DNA of 37,506 nucleotides from an uncultured euryarchaeote (GTDB taxonomy: Archaea; Nanohalarchaeota; Nanosalinia; Nanosalinales; Nanosalinaceae): positions 1 through 37,506 of the forward strand of contig CAKZNU010000049.1 in NCBI GenBank assembly GCA_937132175.1, read 5' to 3'. The notes below the pieces were generated by a model, which saw nothing but the letters and a program-made list of their open reading frames with translations, was not told the DNA's origin and searched no databases. Both the position numbers and the translations under genes were made by a program. Shown here piece after piece: positions 32,119-37,506 of this stretch. Position 1 is the first letter of the stretch; each line of letters starts with the position of its first letter.

Positions 32119-34626
32119 ATGTCTATTCTACCCAGCTTCCTGACCTCGAATGAGAACGAAGAAGACCAGGAAGAGGCCGAGGGTTTCCTGGATATGCAGT
32201 ACGTTGTCGGTAACACCACAGGCCTTGATGTTGGCCAGGAGCCGGGACCCCTACCACAGAGAATAGGAAGCACCGCACAGAAGGGTGGGGAGGTACTGGA
32301 GATCCTGTTGCAGAACCCAGCCACCTTCCAGGTTGATAGACAGGAGATGACGAACGTGATAGGGCAGCTGGGCGTAGATACTACATGGCACGGGGATCCT
32401 AATCTAGGCTTCTGCGCCGGATATGCAACAAGAGCACAGGGGGTGGAAGCAGGTTACAACGTGCTTCATCGATACTTTACGAGATACCTCAAACAGTTTG
32501 CCTCGTACAAGATGGAGATCGAGAATCATCCGCAGTACGACTTTGATGTAGGCTATCTCAACATGCATATTTCAACGGAGCCTATTCCGCCTTTGGCTGA
32601 GCAGATCGCGTCCGACAAGACTCTAGATCCTTTCGGTGAACCTGTAGGAGAGGTAAAGGAGAACAAGGAGCCGAATATCTACAGGAACAAGGAGTTCATG
32701 AAGCTTCTCTTCGATTACATGGTTCTGGAGTACGTGGAGCCTTTACAGCTTTATAACCTTTTCGGAGAGTACAGCGACTGGTTTCAGGAGGAGTGGAGAG
32801 ACGCAAGAGAAGACGTTACAGACCAGCTTTATTACGACGAGATCGATGATCTGCGTGGCAAAGCATCTATAATAGAGACAGCTTCGGGCGTCGACCAGGG
32901 AATTAACATCATCTACCGTGAAAAGTTCGATGAGAAGGAGCTTGATGAGCCTATCATTCTACAGTCCAGAGAAGAGGTCAGGAAAGTTCTGGAACAGAAT
33001 GCTGAAGATGATGAATCAATCGATGAAAAACAGGTTGAACAAGCATACCAGGATCAGAAGATTGAGAGTCTCCAGAAAGCAAACTCCCTTCCAGACCAGC
33101 TCAGTCCTGACAATTCCGAATCTTTCCGTCTAAAGGACGTCAGAAGAATTGCCACGGCAGTATATCAGATTAATAACTCCGAAATATTCGGAGATGATGG
33201 ACCCTTATCTGAGGGAGATAGGGAGATAATTTTGGATGCTGTTGAGGATATACTTGAGGATATCTGGACCGGGAATGGCGAAGACAAAGGGCTTTCCTTT
33301 CAGGCGAAGGCAAGTGCTTTGACTAACCGTCTGGATATTCAGGAAAGAGATATTGCGGATGAAGCGGATACTGAAGAGGTCCGTGACAAGGGCAGGAGAG
33401 TGTTCGCAGGTTTCGAGAATGCTTACGAGAGCACTACCGATCAAAATGGAGAGGAAAAGTATCTTGATCTTTTTGACAAGATCATTCAGAGAACCAGGCT
33501 TGGAAGAGAAATAGACAAGGAGTCCACAGTGTTCTACAACCTGCTCCCTGCATGGCTCACGGTATCGGAAAAAACTTACGAGAACCATCCGGGCTTCGAA
33601 TCACCAAAGTTCATATGGGAAAGTATAGTGGAAGACAAGTATCCTGAAATAGATTTCACGGATTATTCCCAAGTAAAGGAAAAGCTACAGTCAGAAAGGG
33701 AGTTCAGACTGGATGTCACAGCTGCGGTAGCATCAACGTATGTCTGGGGACACTTTACACAAAAGAAAGATAACTTCAGCGCAGAAAACGAAGAGAACAT
33801 TCAGGGGATGAATGGAGTAACTTGGATCAGGTGGATGAACAGATACGACTTGAAGGTTAACATGGAGGCGATGAACGGCGATCCCGGAAACCTCCTGAGA
33901 CTTTGGAGGCCCAAAGACATGGTTGTTGCGTGCCGGGCTGTCAATCGTACAGCACGGAGGAAGTCCGAGGAGTGGCCTACAGAATGGCGTGGAGATCCCA
34001 TGAAGTTCACTGTCGACCTTGAACACACCGCGAGCTTCGGTGTTGACCCCGAGGAGGAGATGCAGACTCTGATAGAGCAGGAAAAGCGTCTGGCGGAGGA
34101 AGGCAGGATTGAGGCCGATCCGGAGAAGCCACTTAGCTCGATTCTCAAGACCTATCACCTGACGAAGCCGGGCTTCGAGCAGAGAGGTCAGCACAGGCAC
34201 GGACCTTTCATGCGGGGGGACACGGTTCTTTACAGGTATCTGTACAACATGATCGATGCTGGTTTCTGCAGGGGCGATGAGGAAGGCATCGTCATGTTCG
34301 AGATCGGGGGAGAGTACGCGGAGACTCTTTTCACAACCAGAACAGCCATGAAGCTGATAGAGATGGGTGTGGAACCGGAGGAGCTTGACCCCGTCGAGGT
34401 CTCACAGGATGGGGACTACGATACCCAGAGAGAAGAGCTTATGGCGAAGTTCTTCGGCATAGATGAAAGCAGCACCTCGATGGAGTGGAAAAAGATCGAG
34501 GAACATGCCTTTGACCCTCTTGAAGGTCTCTTGGAGGCTGAAGAGTTCGACTACACTTTTTCGTCCGCAGCAGCGATAAGAAACGATGTGAGTCCGAGAG
34601 ACTACCCGGACGAAAGGTACAGATGA
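32119..34626 (+). CDS. Endonuclease IV/xylose-isomerase-like TIM-barrel protein with a large insertion
   Basis: Ordered motifs WH91G, NMH150, ME583A, D633LEH636, YH680L, H692RH694GP and FE728IG. Confidence 0.7.
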   Translation: MSILPSFLTSNENEEDQEEAEGFLDMQYVVGNTTGLDVGQEPGPLPQRIGSTAQKGGEVLEILLQNPATFQVDRQEMTNVIGQLGVDTTWHGDPNLGFCAGYATRAQGVEAGYNVLHRYFTRYLKQFASYKMEIENHPQYDFDVGYLNMHISTEPIPPLAEQIASDKTLDPFGEPVGEVKENKEPNIYRNKEFMKLLFDYMVLEYVEPLQLYNLFGEYSDWFQEEWRDAREDVTDQLYYDEIDDLRGKASIIETASGVDQGINIIYREKFDEKELDEPIILQSREEVRKVLEQNAEDDESIDEKQVEQAYQDQKIESLQKANSLPDQLSPDNSESFRLKDVRRIATAVYQINNSEIFGDDGPLSEGDREIILDAVEDILEDIWTGNGEDKGLSFQAKASALTNRLDIQERDIADEADTEEVRDKGRRVFAGFENAYESTTDQNGEEKYLDLFDKIIQRTRLGREIDKESTVFYNLLPAWLTVSEKTYENHPGFESPKFIWESIVEDKYPEIDFTDYSQVKEKLQSEREFRLDVTAAVASTYVWGHFTQKKDNFSAENEENIQGMNGVTWIRWMNRYDLKVNMEAMNGDPGNLLRLWRPKDMVVACRAVNRTARRKSEEWPTEWRGDPMKFTVDLEHTASFGVDPEEEMQTLIEQEKRLAEEGRIEADPEKPLSSILKTYHLTKPGFEQRGQHRHGPFMRGDTVLYRYLYNMIDAGFCRGDEEGIVMFEIGGEYAETLFTTRTAMKLIEMGVEPEELDPVEVSQDGDYDTQREELMAKFFGIDESSTSMEWKKIEEHAFDPLEGLLEAEEFDYTFSSAAAIRNDVSPRDYPDERYR

Positions 34627-34629
34627 TCT

Positions 34630-35202
34630 CTATGTCCAGAGGTTCTTAATTTCGTTAAGTTCAGCCAGAGTCTGTGTTGCCGGAACCGACTGTCCAACAA
34701 ACGGAATCTCCCTGGATGCTATCCTGTGATCCGATGAGTCTGCTCCTAGCACCAGGTGTTCGCCTTCAGTTATCTCCCTGTAAAGTGAGTCTACTCTTTC
34801 CATGTGGTAGTCGCTGGTGACTGCTACCGTTGTGCCGTCGTGCCCTTCGCCCACCGACATCTCGATGTCGTCTCTCGTGTCCTCTGGATTAAATGTTTTG
34901 ACCTTGTCTTCATGGATCCTGTCTGAGTTTTCAGCTCGGTAAAGCTGGTCCTCAGGAACGTAAAGATCAACATCCGAGTTCCCGTTTGAGTAAAGAAGAT
35001 GTGTAACCTCCTCAAGAAGCTCGAACCGTGCATCGTCTTCTTCCTCTGATGGCCCACCGTGGTATACCAGGGAATCAGTCTGTGCAAAACCATATCTGCG
35101 GAACAGGTCATCCACGATCTCGAGTGATTCCTCTTCGTCAAACCGGTCTTTATCGGAGTGGTATGGTGTTACGGCATTGGCCAGATCCTGTGTATCTACC
35201 AT
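34630..35202 (-). CDS. Divergent YdcF/DUF218-like protein
   Basis: DT.DDI followed by AVTSDYHMER, matching the VTSxYHMxR signature. Confidence 0.6.
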   Translation of the reverse strand: MVDTQDLANAVTPYHSDKDRFDEEESLEIVDDLFRRYGFAQTDSLVYHGGPSEEEDDARFELLEEVTHLLYSNGNSDVDLYVPEDQLYRAENSDRIHEDKVKTFNPEDTRDDIEMSVGEGHDGTTVAVTSDYHMERVDSLYREITEGEHLVLGADSSDHRIASREIPFVGQSVPATQTLAELNEIKNLWT

Positions 35203-35264
35203 TTAATCACAAAATTCTTGGCAAGGTATAAAAGTCTCTGGCACAAAATTGAGATTGTGAGATT

Positions 35265-36512
35265 ATGAGCTCCAAGGATAAGATGAAGGAGATGCGTGAA
35301 AAGTCCCAGGAAAGAAGGATGGAGTCCGTACAGGAGTTTTCGGACAAGCTAAATGAAAAGCTCGGTGACAAGGTGAAGGTTGTAGCCGTCTGGGGAAGTG
35401 TTTCACAGGCGGAACACAGCGTAGACTCTGACATCGACACTCTGGTTATACTGGACGATACAAAACTGAAGGGAGACGTACCAAAAGACGCGAAGAAAAA
35501 GATCAGAAAGAAGGTTACTTCGCTGGCGAATGATACCGATGAAAGAATTACTATACAGTACTTCCCGTTCCTGACGGAGTTCTGGGACTCCCTTCGGAAA
35601 GGAGAGCCACTGGCCATCGAGGCCGTAAGAAACGGGGAGAAGGTTTATGACACCGGTATTTTCATGCCGGCGAAGCGTCTGCTTGAAAGGGGAAAGATCT
35701 CCGGTACACGTGAATCCGTCAAGAAGAGACTGAAACTTGGTGCCCAGGGATACAAGAAAGCGGAGAAAAACATGAGGTCGTCTATACCCCATAAGCTTGA
35801 GCAGGCGATGGCCAACGCCGGTCAGGCCCCGATCATGCTTGCGGGAAAGACTCCACCAGGAAAGGAAAAGGTTCCGGACACCCTGGAGGAGATGTTTGTG
35901 GATGAGGGAATGCTTGAGGAAGAGTTCGTGGAGAAGGCAAGAAAGATCTACGAGTTCGGTGACAGAGGAGAGAAAGAGCCCCAGTCCGTGACCGGAGAGG
36001 AGCTGGAGGAAAACATGCAGAGAACCGATGAGTTCGTCAAGAGGATGCATCAGCTTGTCTCACAGCTTGGCTCCAAGAAGAAGGCGAAGGGCGTCGTAGA
36101 GGACTACAAGAAGTTCCTGAAGGCAAATGTTGCCGCGCTCAAGTCCAAGGGCATAGAGCCTCCTGAGGACAAGGAGGATCTTCCCCAGGTCGTCGGTGAA
36201 AACCTGGATGTCGACGAAGAACACGTTGAGATGTTTGATAGGTGGGAGGATATCATCTCCAGTATACGGGAAGAATCCATGGATGAAGTCGACGAGAAGG
36301 AACTTTACGAGCTGAAGTCCGAAACCAAGGAGTTCGTCTCCGAGGTCGGGAAAGACCTTCAGGAGATGAAGTCAGGAGAACAACAGGAGGATATAAATCC
36401 GGGTATAGATCCTGAGGCAGCTGCTAAGAGGAGCTCCGATGAACAGATAGTTCCTAACCTACAGCAGGAAGCGGAGAAAGAGATAGAGGAATCAGAGGAG
36501 GAAAAAGAGTAG
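35265..36512 (+). CDS. Minimal nucleotidyltransferase (Pol beta fold) fused to a HEPN-like helical domain and an acidic tail
   Basis: VWGSV...DSDIDTLVILDD (GS...DxD), followed by all-helical segments. Confidence 0.8.
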   Translation: MSSKDKMKEMREKSQERRMESVQEFSDKLNEKLGDKVKVVAVWGSVSQAEHSVDSDIDTLVILDDTKLKGDVPKDAKKKIRKKVTSLANDTDERITIQYFPFLTEFWDSLRKGEPLAIEAVRNGEKVYDTGIFMPAKRLLERGKISGTRESVKKRLKLGAQGYKKAEKNMRSSIPHKLEQAMANAGQAPIMLAGKTPPGKEKVPDTLEEMFVDEGMLEEEFVEKARKIYEFGDRGEKEPQSVTGEELEENMQRTDEFVKRMHQLVSQLGSKKKAKGVVEDYKKFLKANVAALKSKGIEPPEDKEDLPQVVGENLDVDEEHVEMFDRWEDIISSIREESMDEVDEKELYELKSETKEFVSEVGKDLQEMKSGEQQEDINPGIDPEAAAKRSSDEQIVPNLQQEAEKEIEESEEEKE

Positions 36513-36513
36513 C

Positions 36514-36969
36514 TCAGTCCCCGTACTCGTCCGGGAAAAGATACTGGCGTACATGGGAGTGTTCAAGGCGCCAGGTAATATCTTCAACCTCTTCTCTCTT
36601 GGTGAAGACCGGTCTTCCCTCCCAGGAACCGTTTCGTTCACCTTCTTCGACTTTTCCTTCAAAAAAGACTTCAGGACCGCCGCTTCCGTTCTCTCCTATA
36701 TCCAGTATATCACCTATCTCCACGAAAAACCCTGTCTCTTCCTCAACCTCCCTTCTTGCTGCCTCCCGAAGACCTTCCCCTCTCTTTATGAATCCTCCCG
36801 GCAGATGGTGCTTTCCGTTTAGCTCGAGGGTCAGTATATCATCGTTTTCTCCATAAGCCAGAACTGCGACAGTCGTAGGCGGCCAAAGCAGTCTGGAGAT
36901 TATGCGTCCAGCGATTCTTTCCGGATACTTCTTTACGAGCTCGGATAGCCTGTGAGTAATCCTTCGCAC
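36514..36969 (-). CDS. NUDIX hydrolase
   Basis: Complete Nudix box GGFIKRGEGLREAARREVEEETG; start set at GTG 36969 (the track gives 37008). Confidence 0.9.
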   Translation of the reverse strand: MRRITHRLSELVKKYPERIAGRIISRLLWPPTTVAVLAYGENDDILTLELNGKHHLPGGFIKRGEGLREAARREVEEETGFFVEIGDILDIGENGSGGPEVFFEGKVEEGERNGSWEGRPVFTKREEVEDITWRLEHSHVRQYLFPDEYGD

Positions 36970-37057
36970 GATTATTATCTTGTCGCGTCTCATAAAAAAG
37001 AGTTGCATCTCCAGTATCTACTTTCGAGTAAAAAATCTTGTGGATCAAATCCTACCT

Positions 37058-37506
37058 ATGAAGATTCTTGAAAACCTGTTTGAGTATGATACCTCCGACC
37101 TTGAGGCTGTAGGCGGGGATTACTGGACTGATGCCTCTCCTGAAGAGGTGGATGCGGTTCTAGCCCCTAGGTTCGGCGCCTCGGAGGAAGGATACAACAG
37201 CGTTCTTGCGGAGGGTATAGAGGCCGCAGCCGAGTACTTTGATGACGTAGATCTCTACGCTCAGGGAGAGGTCTATGAGCTCCTGGATGGGGCTGGGGTT
37301 GAGGCCACGAAGCTGGGCGGAGGGTCCTCTGGCAAGATAGCATCCGAATACACCACGGAGGATATCCTTGAGGAGGCACGGGCTCAGGTAGAAGGAGAGG
37401 TTGCTTACGTGGCTCATCCCGCACACGCTGAAAGAGTTGCTGCCATCGGCTCTGACATGGGGATGGGTGAGAAACTGTTTGTTCCGGACGAGGTTAAGTG
37501 GCCCTC
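37058..37506 (+). CDS. Hypothetical acidic protein, possibly DUF218/HUP-like (3'-truncated; absent from the ORF track)
   Basis: Manual translation MKILENLFEY...YNSVLAE...YAQGEV...YTTEDIL...YVAHPAHAERV..., open to the window end. Confidence 0.75.
   Translation, partial: MKILENLFEYDTSDLEAVGGDYWTDASPEEVDAVLAPRFGASEEGYNSVLAEGIEAAAEYFDDVDLYAQGEVYELLDGAGVEATKLGGGSSGKIASEYTTEDILEEARAQVEGEVAYVAHPAHAERVAAIGSDMGMGEKLFVPDEVKWP

Noticed and set aside
32570-33860. Intein as the explanation for the TIM-barrel insertion
   Set aside because: No His-Asn followed by Cys/Ser/Thr at the junction, and no LAGLIDADG motifs.
2015-37426. Many Ser/Phe/Leu-rich antisense and alternative-frame ORFs in the track
   Set aside because: They are shadows of Glu/Asp/Lys-rich genes on the opposite strand and carry no motifs.
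1-37506. CRISPR array, IS/transposase, integrase, provirus or rRNA
   Set aside because: No regularly spaced repeats, recombinase motifs, viral hallmark genes or tRNA-end duplication were seen by eye.

Overview
Compact, gene-dense archaeal DNA encoding strongly acidic proteins. It is most consistent with a salt-in DPANN nanohaloarchaeon; this is an inference from gene content, separate Kae1/Bud32 genes, tight overlaps and GGTGA ribosome-binding motifs. The left half (minus strand) is the conserved archaeal information-processing superoperon rps6e-eIF2gamma-PIN-rpoE'-spt4-rps24e-rps27ae-kae1-sua5-bud32-rps15-recJ(GAN)-rps3ae, ending at an intron-containing tRNA-Lys(CUU). Two blocks interrupt it: a tandem Kef-type antiporter pair, and a cassette at 12.6-16.9 kb that is the best candidate for an undescribed system. 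That cassette holds an MscS channel fused to a papain-like Cys-His-Asp peptidase, a degenerate and an intact RimK-type ATP-grasp ligase bridged by a translationally coupled 13-codon ORF, and a convergent DUF1611-like P-loop protein. The right half carries trkH/trkA, a photolyase, a surface protein, a coiled-coil histone-fold protein, an MFS transporter, a MoxR/DUF58 operon, a two-gene operon containing an endonuclease-IV-like TIM barrel split by a ~420-aa insertion, a nucleotidyltransferase-HEPN-like fusion, a NUDIX hydrolase and two DUF218-like proteins. Three genes appear to start at ATC codons behind well-spaced SD motifs. No CRISPR array, IS element or rRNA was seen. All calls come from reading motifs by eye; no searches were run.
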